A stretch of 63,707 nt of DNA, the filler included, from Octopus bimaculoides (taxonomy: Eukaryota), in the NCBI RefSeq assembly GCF_001194135.2. It is 5 parts of 5 records of this genome, joined end to end, with 100 filler letters (N's around TTAATTAATTAA, not from the genome) between each part and the next. Parts side by side here need not be neighbours in the genome. Positions count along the whole stretch, not along the records: positions 23,008 to 44,220 come from NC_068981.1; 4 more parts are not named here. One strand, given 5' to 3'. This document shows positions 24,348-35,470 of the stretch, piece after piece. Position numbers and translations under genes: made by a program. The notes under the pieces are model-generated. The model ran no database searches. It saw only the letters and a program-made list of their open reading frames with translations, and was not told where the DNA came from. The number at the start of each line of letters is the position of its first letter. Position 1 is the stretch's first letter.

Positions 24348-25059
24348 TACCGCATCTGTTAGAGGCTAAGTAAGAAAGCGTATCACCCTCGCCACCCTCC
24401 AGGTCAACGTTTTTTCCATTTTGTCTGCTGGGCCCATGGGACGGTCTGAATTACAGGGAATTCACGTCCACTCTTTAATGTAAAGTTACTCCATACAAAA
24501 TATTAGCACCGCAAGAAAAGTGATTAATAACTGAGTAATTTAAATTTTAAAATGGATTCACGTAAAGAAAATGCATGCGTGTGACAACATTATTTTAATC
24601 ATTCATGTTTACACTAGCCCATGAGGGGGGAGGCCTCCATGCTGTCACTTGACGTACAACAAATAACAGTAAAATCTTTTTCAAATTATACCCTACTGTC
24701 TTAAAAAGGAAACCACTTATCGGTTAGTGAAATATGAGATACAAGGCCGAAATTGCCACGGTTTGAATGCCTTTGACTAAAGATTTCTTCTGTTCGGAGT
24801 TGACCTGAATTAAACACAACACAATGTACAACTTCTTCAATGATTACATCTATTTGAATGTGATGTAAAGTTTGTGGGGGTAAATTCAACTCTAAGCTAA
24901 AAATATTTAAGTTCAAGATAACATATGTACTTTTCACCAGAAAATTAATCTTTCATTGAACTAAAATCATTGCTGTTGTTTAGATCTAGATCAGTTCTCT
25001 GATCCAGCTGCCTAAAAGTATTCCAGCCGTAATAACCCCAGCTACAATAGGCAATATGT

Positions 25060-25560
25060 TCCTTTATATATATATACACAGGCCCATTCCCCATTTTTTA
25101 GGAAGGGGTAGCTACAAGACACACCAGGCATTCCATTAATTTTCCAGCTCAAAGAGGCGAGCCCGTTCTATGCTCGGGTCAAGGCATAGAACGCAAGCCC
25201 CGATATCAGCAGCGGGACTCGACAGGATATGCTGGTTTAACTCCGCCGCATCATGTTGGTTCCGTACACCTTTGAGCAAGATCAAATTCACTCATCCGTC
25301 CACAAATACTCTCCAAGCTTTCCTATCATTCATAAACTCTCTTGCTTTTCTCACTCCAGCACCTCTAACCGCCAAAACTTTCCTCACTCCATCCATCCAT
25401 CCATCCATCCATCTACACAAACCGAAGTCTGCCTCTGGTTCTGCTGCTTACCACTTCTGCCTTCATCACGCTCCTTACCATCCGCTCGGCATCCATCCTC
25501 TCCATGAGGCCAAATGTTTCTATTTGTTTAAAATAGTAGAAGTTAAAACATACAAGGCGG
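25060..25560 (-). mobile_element. RTE-like LINE 3' end (ORF C-terminus and 3' UTR with stem-loop)
   Basis: ORF 25413-25649(-) gives FGLMERMDAERMVRSVMKAEVVSSRTRGRLRF, resembling WxGHVERMxxxRxxKxVxxxxVxGxRxRGRP. Perfect 10-bp stem at 25164-25193. Confidence 0.65.
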
Positions 25561-25644
25561 CTAAAACTGAGGTAAGATGAAACAATTATACAAAACAAGA
25601 GGCATGTAACTAGATGAAAACATAGACTTAAAGACACAAAAGTA

Positions 25645-25715
<71 letters not shown>

Positions 25716-25795
25716 TTACGTGCATACACACAGGTACTCACACACACACATACAAACGCGTGTGTGTGTGTGTGTGTGTGTGTATGTATATATAC

Positions 25796-25883
<88 letters not shown>

Positions 25884-26669
25884 AGGTGGGAAGAAAGAGA
25901 TGCAAGCAGACACGCCGAGGCCAGCAAAATAAATATGGTAGCGCATGCGCCCGATAGAGAATGGCGTGAACGATGGAAGAAGTAGAAGGAAGCGAAAGAA
26001 TAGTAAAAGACAACGAGAAGAATACAACAAACACAAATAAATAAATAAATAAATGAATAAACAAATAAAGAATATGAAAGCAAAGTAGGAATGAAGGTAA
26101 AGGATTAATGATGGAAGAAGAAAAAAATCAGAAAAGACAAGAAAAGGAAAAACGCCAAAAAATACATAATGAAACATGAATCAATAAGAATTCTCTGTTC
26201 ATTTTGGGTTTTGGTGATAGAATAGACACCATTGTGAATCTCCAATTAAGGAATGTTTGCAGAGAAATTCCTGTCATTGATATTGGAGTATGTCCTAATA
26301 TATTTGGCCCCAGGACGAGTAAAAAACGTCATTAATCTCTGGAGTAATTAGGTTTTCGGTTATATNNNNNNNNNNNNNNNNNNNNNNNNNNNNNNNNNNN
26401 NNNNNNNNNNNNNNNNNNNNNNNNNNNNNNNNNNNNNNNNNNNNNNNNNNNNNNNNNNNNNNNNNNNNNNNNNNNNNNNNNNNNNNNNNNNNNNNNNNNN
26501 NNNNNNNNNNNNNNNNTATATATTGTGTATATTCACGTATGTATGTATACGTTTCATCTATCAATATGGGTGAATGGTATATTCCTACATCAGCACCACC
26601 TCTAACTAAAGCCTTGTGGTTTCGGAGAAGCCTTCCTAATCGACCAACTAAAAAAGTTGACAACTGGTA

Positions 26670-26701
<32 letters not shown>

Positions 26702-26788
26702 GTATACATACAGGCATGCATACACACTCACATATACACACACATTTATATGTGCATGTATGTATATATCTATATATATGCATATACA

Positions 26789-26829
<41 letters not shown>

Positions 26830-29581
26830 CTCTATATATATATACATAAATATACACACACACACGCACACACACACACACACACACGCGCGCACACACA
26901 CACACGCACACGCACATACACACGTGTATATTCATAAAGGCGTGCATACAAAGGAAGTGAAATGGCAGGGTTGTGGAGATTGGTTGATTGCTTCGCAGAT
27001 CGTTTGTTCGCGTCTCAACGCTCTGAGATCGAATCACGTCAATATCAACTAGATATTTCATCCCTCGTGATCGATAGAAGAAAGTATCTCTCTAATATTG
27101 TGGAGTGGTGGTAGTTAGACCAGATGCATTGCAGTGTCTGTTTTTACTTTCTGTGTAGCGACGACAGTACCAGCGTTAATATTGGGACACAACTGTAAGG
27201 CTTCCAAAATAGTCGTCTTTGCTTTGTATAACACTATTGGTGTTACCTAAGAACGTTGAGGACTTTTATATAAGGGCAACTGCCAGGCTTCCGCAAAAAT
27301 GTGTGTATATATGCAAATAAGCACACACATTTTTAATTGTGTGTGTATGTGTGTGTGTGAATGAGTGTATACATATTGTATATATGCTCCAAGTTGTAGA
27401 CCATAATTTTACGCCTATGCCGGAGAAATTTTACATAGAGGCGCATCTCATGAAGGAATTCACAGGCCAGGGAACTTTTTCTGGTACTTCCTAATAAAAC
27501 ACCAAGTCATGCTGTCTACTGCTGTCAGTGTGTGTTCGTGTGTGTATATGAGTGTGCACGTCCACGCATATATGTGCATACACACAAACGCACAAACACA
27601 CACACATACACACACACATATATATAATGTGTGTATGTACATATATCATATATATACACGTATGTAATTAACTGTATAATATAATTGTTTCATAGTCCTT
27701 GGACATTTTTTTAAAGTACGCTTGCCACTGGTTTAAATTAATATTAATTAATGATATTAATTTCTACCCTTAATATTTAATTCATATATATATANNNNNN
27801 NNNNNNNNNNNNNNNNNNNNNNNNNNNNNNNNNNNNNNNNNNNNNNNNNNNNNNNNNNNNNNNNNNNNNNNNNNNNNNNNNNNNNNNNNNNNNNNNNNNN
27901 NNNNNNNNNNNNNNNNNNNNNNNNNNNNNNNNNNNNNNNNNNNNNNNNNNNNNNNNNNNNNNNNNNNNNNNNNNNNNNNNNNNNNNNNNNNNNNNNNNNN
28001 NNNNNNNNNNNNNNNNNNNNNNNNNNNNNNNNNNNNNNNNNNNNNNNNNNNNNNNNNNNNNNNNNNNNNNNNNNNNNNNNNNNNNNNNNNNNNNNNNNNN
28101 NNNNNNNNNNNNNNNNNNNNNNNNNNNNNNNNNNNNNNNNNNNNNNNNNNNNNNNNNNNNNNNNNNNNNNNNNNNNNNNNNNNNNNNNNNNNNNNNNNNN
28201 NNNNNNNNNNNNNNNNNNNNNNNNNNNNNNNNNNNNNNNNNNNNNNNNNNNNNNNNNNNNNNNNNNNNNNNNNNNNNNNNNNNNNNNNNNNNNNNNNNNN
28301 NNNNNNNNNNNNNNNNNNNNNNNNNNNNNNNNNNNNNNNNNNNNNNNNNNNNNNNNNNNNNNNNNNNNNNNNNNNNNNNNNNNNNNNNNNNNNNNNNNNN
28401 NNNNNNNNNNNNNNNNNNNNNNNNNNNNNNNNNNNNNNNNNNNNNNNNNNNNNNNNNNNNNNNNNNNNNNNNNNNNNNNNNNNNNNNNNNNNNNNNNNNN
28501 NNNNNNNNNNNNNNNNNNNNNNNNNNNNNNNNNNNNNNNNNNNNNNNNNNNNNNNNNNNNNNNNNNNNNNNNNNNNNNNNNNNNNNNNNNNNNNNNNNNN
28601 NNNNNNNNNNNNNNNNNNNNNNNNNNNNNNNNNNNNNNNNNNNNNNNNNNNNNNNNNNNNNNNNNNNNNGATTTTTGCTAGCTCTTATAGCTACATTATA
28701 TACGTCTCGAACTAGATAGAGGGACCCCATGTAATCTTTCTAGAATAGCAGCGAAATCCTCTTCAAACCATACCCTGTTGGTTTAAAACACGGAGGAAAA
28801 CATCGGATAACGAAGTCTTAAATATAGCAAAATGAGTGCGTATAACCACGGTTGGAAGGCCTTTCTGCAATGTTTGTACGCCCATTGGCGGCACCATGGG
28901 GTTAATGTATTTCATACCACCAAAACCACCACCACCACCACCACCACCACCACCACGGCAACAACAGCCATAACCGTCAAGTCTATGAATTTTGCTCTTG
29001 TGTAAAATATATATGTTTCGTTTATAGTCTCGTGATTGCTAGCTTCTCCCACATTTTCCAGTTTGTCGCGATCGCTATTTCCGCGCGTCTTAAGTCAGTA
29101 TAAGTGATTCTTCACTTCCTTAAAACTCATTGTGTTATAGCTATGATACAGCTCGTTAAAGACAAACGGACACGCCCCGTTTAATTTCCGCTTTTATGCA
29201 AAACTTGAGATATTGCTCATGCACCAGATACAAGATGAAGGTCAGAGACATCATTGCATAAGGAAAATATTTCTATAAAGTCAGTGACTTATTATTCGCC
29301 ACAAGAAGAAAAATGTAATGATGACTGTTGTGCGTATGTCTGTGAAAAAAACCCATCAATCCATCCGTTCTTTTACATATATATATATATTTGCATGCAT
29401 ACACACATACATACTTCTGTGTGTGTGTATGTGTGCGCATGTGTGTGTGTGCGCGCGCGCGCGTACATTTATGCATGTATACGTACAGGTACAATGGATT
29501 AACTTCCTCATGAGAACAGTTATGTGCCAGTGATTAAACCAGACAACAGAATACACTACTAGGGAACCGTGTAACCTTGTC

Positions 29582-29692
29582 AAAGTTGTGTCTACAGATT
29601 TTCTATAGAAATTAGAACCAGTGCTTGTTTGTTACCCTGTAACAAATCAGTGCTGGCTCTAATTTCTATCGGAAATCTGTAGAGATAACTTT
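29582..29692 (+). other. 54-bp near-perfect hairpin with a 3-nt loop (foldback DNA or structured RNA)
   Basis: Arms 29582-29635 and 29639-29692 align without gaps. There are 45 Watson-Crick pairs, 5 G-U pairs and 4 mismatches on the + strand. Confidence 0.9.
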
Positions 29693-29750
29693 AAAGTTAG
29701 TTAATAGACTGCTAACACAGGTGAGGTATAATATTGACTTATAAGACAGA

Positions 29751-30188
29751 AGGCGGTGAGCTGGCAGAAACGTTAGCACGCCGGGCGAGATGCTTAGCGG
29801 TATTTCGTCAGTCTTTACGTTCTGAGTTCAAATTCCGCCGAGGTCCACTTTGCCCTTCATCCTTTCGGGGTCGATTAAATAAGTGCCAGTTATGCACTGG
29901 GGTCGATGTAATCGACTTAATCCCTTTATCTGTCCTTATTTGTCCCCTCTGTGTGTAGCCCCTTGTGGGCAGTAAAGAAATAAGAAACGTTAGTACGCCA
30001 GGCAAAATGCTTAACGGTATTTCGTCTGTCTGTCTTTACGTTCTGAGTTCAAATTCTGCCGAGGTCGACTTTGCCTTTCATCCTTTCGGGGTCGATAAAT
30101 TAAGTACCAGTTGCGTAATGAGGTCGATCTAATCGACTGCCCACCTCCCCAAATATTTCGGGCCTTGTGCCTAAAGTAGAAAAGAATA
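29751..30188 (+). mobile_element. Tandem (dimer-like) SINE family S2
   Basis: Two consecutive units. The first starts aggcggtgagctggcagaaacgttagc; the second restarts at gaaacgttag (about 29984) and runs to gccttgtgcctaaagtagaaaag. Confidence 0.9.
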
Positions 30189-30900
30189 TTAACTTATAAG
30201 CTTTTAATATACTTAGTATAATATTTTGGTTGCGTAAGGAAATACGATGACCCTACCAGCAGTTAATATCACCTTGTGTGTCATTTGAAAATAGCGAGTT
30301 TCAGTACAGTTCAATTTGGAGACACCTTGAATACCAAGTGAACCAACAGCAATGAAAAAGTAGATATAATGTGCAAAATCGAGTAATTTGTTCCCTATTT
30401 TTAGAAATGCATACACATTCACATATACGTCTATATATATCCACGCATATACATATAAAAGATATGTAAACATACGCGCACACATTCAAATATATGCGTA
30501 TATGCGGCTGTCACGATGATAGAAGTTGTGGCACAAGTAAAGCAATAGTAGCCAAGATAAGAAGAAAATAGAACGAATTTTAAAAACAAAATTGAACAAA
30601 AATCAAAATTTATGGGGCAATGTAATCAATATGGGTTTCTTGTGCATTCTTCCTCCTCCTCCCTTCTTCTTTGCAAACAGCCCAGTATGAGATAGCTCGA
30701 GGAATTTGGTGCTCTTTATGCAGAGGTTTCTCCAACTGTTATGTTGATCCGCTAAATCTATGAAGGAAGGCATAAATACATCTTCAGGTTTCGCTTCAGG
30801 GCGGTTTCATATTGCTTCAGTATGTATGTATGTATGTAGGTATGTACGTACGTACGTACGTACGTACGTATGTATGTATGTATGTATGTATGTATGTATG

Positions 30901-30931
<31 letters not shown>

Positions 30932-30949
30932 TTGTCTGTCTGAATTTCT

Positions 30950-31036
30950 AACCTGTTGTCTTGAGGTCTCTGGGTGAAACTTGGAGCCAATTTGTTCAAA
31001 TACAAAGCAAACGACTAACATAGAGTAATAATAATG

Positions 31037-31105
<69 letters not shown>
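30950..31105 (+). mobile_element. Possible LINE 3' UTR remnant ending in an (AAT)n tail
   Basis: tgaggtctctgggtgaaacttggagcc followed by a long (AAT)n tract. R4-like assignment is from recollection only. Confidence 0.35.
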
Positions 31106-31107
<2 letters not shown>

Positions 31108-31299
31108 CCTACAGACAAGCGCTCGCTTTAGTTTCGGCAAATGTGCCTCTTCGGTACAGTCTTATTTTTAAAGGAAAAAATGCTTCGTCGTTGTATTGTT
31201 CACAAAGATAAAGTGGAATTAAACGAAATTGTCTATGGTTCAAAAAATATCAGAATTACTTGTAGTTTAAAATAGCGTGTGGAACAGAAACATACCTAA

Positions 31300-31587
31300 T
31301 TCTTTGCCTAGGCGGGGAGCAGTTTATCAGAAATTCAAATATCGGTTTATATATTCGACCTATTTTCGAGAACAATGGGATTTTAACTTTAATGTCAATG
31401 TATTATATTCTATGCCTGTCGATGTCACGGTATCTTCATTTTCAGAGGTTTTGGAGCGAACCACATGCAGTTGCGTCCATACACAGAAGGGATTAACCTG
31501 AAAAAAGCAAAGAGGCGATATTTGATTTCTATCACAAGGAATAAATATTTGAATTTCTAATGAACTGACTCCTAACTAGGCAAAGAA
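31300..31587. mobile_element. MITE-like element with about 43-bp imperfect TIRs
   Basis: Left ttctttgcctaggcggggagcagtttatcagaaattcaaatat versus reverse complement of right ttctttgcctagttaggagtcagttcattagaaattcaaatat. Confidence 0.65.
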
Positions 31588-31730
31588 ATAATTATCTTAA
31601 ACTTCTACACGCTATTTTAAGCTGCACATGACTCACTTGTTGAACCAAACAAATCCGTTTTATTGATTTCATTTTTTTTACTTTTTGGTCTATATAGCTT
31701 ATTGTAAATTTTTCTTTCATATGTAAAACT

Positions 31731-31776
<46 letters not shown>

Positions 31777-31994
31777 CAGTATTGCATGTACGTGCGTGAG
31801 CGTTTTTGTGCGTATGTATGTGTAATGAAACTGGAATATAATGAAGAATTTCAGTTATAATACACCATACTAAACTAAATACAGCATAGACGGGATACCG
31901 AACCAATTCTAAAATTCAAAGATATATATAATCAATTCAAATATTCGCATAATAGAATGGTACAAGGAAAGAAATAGACCTAATAGACCTAATG

Positions 31995-32570
31995 ACCTAA
32001 TGGAATACTTTGAGAATTTGGCTTTAGGATCAACATCACTAAAACCAACCCTATGGCTGCGATATGTTGATGACACCTTTATACTCTGGCCCCACCAGGA
32101 AGATGTCCAAGTGCTGTTAGATCATGTGAACTCAATAAAGTCATCCATACAGTTCACAATGGAAAAGGAGTATTAATAACACGCATTCCTGGACGTACTA
32201 ATAACACGCACCAAGTGTGGATTCAGGACATCTGTATACCGCAAGCTGACCTTCGCTGGACGATACCTCAACTTTAATTCCTACCATCCATACAGTGTAA
32301 AGAGAGGGATTTCTCAGTGCCTAAAACATCGAGCAAAGAATATAAGTAGCGATCGTGATACACAGCAGGAAGAAATGATCAAGCTCAATAACGATCTATT
32401 AAACAACAACTACCCCCAAAACATATTATCCACTCGAATTATGAAGAAAAGAGAGGATGAAACCAATAAACTGTTCACGGTCTGTCTACCCTATGTGAAA
32501 GGCCTCTCCGAAAAGATACAAAAGATATGCGGCCCATATGACATCAGGACGGTATTATAGATTTATAAGC
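31995..32570 (+). mobile_element. Penelope-like element RT fragment (YVDD through thumb)
   Basis: Translates MEYFENLALGSTSLKPTLWLRYVDDTFILWPHQEDVQVLLDHVNSIKSSIQFTMEKE...FLDVLITR...SVYRKLTFAGRYLNFNSYHPYSVKRGI...NNYPQNIL...TVCLPYVKGLSEKIQKICGPYDIRTV, the classic PLE RT and thumb. Confidence 0.92.
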
Positions 32571-32591
32571 CCCAAAATTCACTTCATAATT

Positions 32592-32865
32592 GCCCACGGG
32601 CATATGGCTTAGTGGTTAAGAGCGCTTGCTACTAACCCCAAGATTCCGTGTTCGGTTCCAGGCAGTGGCCTGAATAATAATAATAATAACATCGAAAAAT
32701 ACCTTAGGAATGAAAACCCAGGTCCGAAGTTTCCCCAAGACACTTGATGAAGGCTGGAGGGTATATCAGCCGAAACGTTGTGTTAACAACAAACAAGATG
32801 ACAAATATCCGTCAAATGTAAATAATGTACATAATTTCTCATCTCTTAAGTATAGAACTGTATTC
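32592..32865 (+). mobile_element. tRNA-headed SINE-like element with a hammerhead-like motif in its 3' part
   Basis: Head has A box tggcttagtgg and B box gttcggttcc, then (aat)n, a linker, and gacac-ttgatga-a-ggctg-gagggtatat-cagcc-gaaac-gtt-gtgtt. A second copy lies at 62630-62820. Confidence 0.8.
32739..32784 (+). ncRNA. Minimal type-I hammerhead ribozyme-like motif (C3U variant, palindromic AACGUU stem III)
   Basis: Stem I GACAC/GUGUU, core UUGAUGA plus an extra A, stem II GGCUG/CAGCC, GAAAC and a GUU cleavage triplet. Activity is not shown. Confidence 0.65.
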
Positions 32866-34423
32866 AGTATAATATTTGAATCACTTGATTAACCAGAGTT
32901 TTTTGCGCCTTTGATTGAGCTCATAACACGTAATTGTTTTTAATTGACTGAAGAAGGAAAATAGATTTCCAGTACGTTTGGTTTCTTCTGTTCGTTTTGT
33001 CAGATGAGAAAAGTTGGGGATGAATTTGATGAAGTGTTCTGTCTGGCTCAATTCCACGAATGTAGCAGAGTGATGATCCACTCGCAAGATGTCTCAAGTG
33101 TAATTCGAACACTTAGTGAATGATGATTCAGTTCTTTGATTTCTTTGAGAATTGCACAAAATACCTATTGTCCCATTATTTCAATGATTTCTTCAAAGAT
33201 GTTTACCGTTGCAATATTTCTTTATGTTCTTAACAAAAGTTAAACTTTTTTCTTTTGCTTTTTTTCTTTTTCATTGGGGTAATAGTTTTGACCCCACCCC
33301 TCTAGTGGAAAGAAGCAGATAACAGAAGCCGCATATATATTATATTAATTATGGCAGTAGTGTAAATGATGTTGATTTTGTAAATGTTGTTGATTTAGCT
33401 TTGCAGAAAACTACATAATTTGTGTTGAACCGAACGTTCACATTTTCGAGCACCGATATGGTTTTTCTGTATTGCTTCTGACAGTTCAGTAGGAAAGGAT
33501 CTTGTGAAGCTGGAACTGGGGTTCGGGGTTCGGTGGTGAAGAAGAACTTGCAGACGTGGATGCAAGTGCTGATGGTGCATCCTGATAAGGAGCAGTAGCT
33601 AATACAAGGATAAACTAAGCCGATAACTTTGAACGTTTGCAAAGTGTTCCTTTCTTCTTGTACGGTTCTTTTAATTTTTCGGTGAATATATGTCCGCTCC
33701 GTTTCAGTTTAAAGAATGCAAAATTAAGATTTACAAAGTTACATTTTGAAAAATGTTTTAGAACAGCGATCAGAACGATGAATGATAAGTGTTTTCAATT
33801 AACTGATGCAATAAAATTTCAAGATCAAATGACCCTTTAGGATTTTCAAATACCTCAAAATTATTAAATGTAAGTGATCGAGTCACTGAAAATTAGTTTT
33901 CTGTACAAGAAATTTGCTGCTGGTACTATACAATGAGGAGATTTCACCGACCTGTATTTTTGAACACCACTTTTTTTCGGTGTATATCTTCTACATTTTA
34001 ACAATTCTTGAATATTTGCGTTAGGACTGTTTGCGTTGTATTAAACGTATTTGTATAACACGTACAAAAATCACATAGAAGCGTCGGAGTGCTGCGCTGC
34101 CAGACGGCAAACATGAAGAGCTCCCTGTAGAACTTTGATCTCAAGATAAATTAAATGCCAGATAATTCAGATACAATATTCATTTTGCATATTACAAGAC
34201 ACTGATTTCACATTAATGTCATTAATATTTAATAACTTGAACCCGAGTTCTCAAACTGCAGGGAGTTTCCACCAAATCTACATATACAACCCTGCCGTCT
34301 TAAGTCTGGTTTGACCAAGATAAAATTATAAAATTATACAGGGTACAGAATGTAAAAAGAAAAATGCTAGAATACAGGTTAAAGGATAAAATTTTGACGT
34401 ACAGGAAATTCTTTCCCTAATAT

Positions 34424-34823
34424 GCAGAGTGGCTGTGTGGTAAATAGCTTGCTTGCCAACCAGAAGGTTCCGAGTTCAGTCCCACTGCGTGGCACCGTGG
34501 GCAAGTGTTTTCTACTATAGCCTTGGGCCGACTAAAGCCCTGTGAGTGGATTTAGTAGAAGGAAACTGAAAGAAACCCGTCGTGTATATATATATGTGGG
34601 TGTCTCTGTGTGTATTTGTGCGTCTGCGTTTTTCCCCCCACCCCAACGCTTGACAACCGATGCTGTTGTGTTTACGTTCCCGTAACTTAGGGGTTCGGTA
34701 AAAGACCGATAAAATAAGTACTAGGCTTACAAAAAATAAGTCCTGGGGTCGATTTGCTCGACTAAAGGTGGTGCTCCATCATGGCCGCAGTCAAATGACT
34801 GAAACAAGTAAAAGAATAAAAGA
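34424..34823 (+). mobile_element. Full-length tRNA-derived SINE family S1 with internal microsatellite
   Basis: Head gcagagtggctgtgtggtaaatagcttgc...gagttcagtccc (A/B-box-like), central (ta/tg)n, tail gtcaaatgactgaaacaagtaaaagaataaaagaa. Confidence 0.9.
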
Positions 34824-35232
34824 ACAGAGTGAAGGTATATCATTGAACAGCAAAAGTTAAATCTCAACTCGTTCGAATGTAAGATTCTTCCATACTCTTC
34901 AAAATCATCGCAAACGGCAACATTTACAAACAATGCAGAAAAATATACAATTTTGCAGAGACAACAACGACAATATTATTTCCATCCCCAACATCACGAG
35001 GTCTTACAGGATTCATTTAAAAGTATGCGGTTTCCACATAGGTACAGAAAATAATTTTTGTAGACACTACCCAAAATACATAAAAATTCTAAGTATACAA
35101 CATTAGCACTATTGAAAACACATTTATTGATTTTTTTTTTTTAAATATCGTACATAGCGTAAACGTAGCCGAAATTCAAGAACAATTCTTAAAGCTTCAT
35201 ATATATGTATATATATATATAATATTCTTTTG

Positions 35233-35470
35233 TTTGTTTCAGTTATTTGACCTCGGCCATGCTGTAGCACCACCTTGGTATATTTACCATTTATCTTTTT
35301 ATCTTTTACTTGTCTCAGTCATTAGATTGCGGCCATGCTGGGGCACTGTCTTGAAGAATTTTAGTCGAACGAATAGATCCCTGTACTTATATTTTTTTAG
35401 CCTGGTACTTATTCTATCGAACTCTTTAGCCAAAGTGCTTGATTACGGGGACTTAAACACACATACAAAG
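35233..35470 (-). mobile_element. SINE family S1, 3' half
   Basis: Reverse complement of the 34640-34823 region (gtctcagtcattagattgcggccatgctgg...gattacggggacttaaacac). Confidence 0.8.

Noticed and set aside
32592-32670. tRNA gene
   Set aside because: It has A and B boxes but no proper acceptor stem or terminator and is embedded in a repeated composite, so it is treated as a SINE head.
33430-33470. EKPYRC resembling a C2H2 zinc-finger linker
   Set aside because: It needs a frameshift and lacks the two His ligands.
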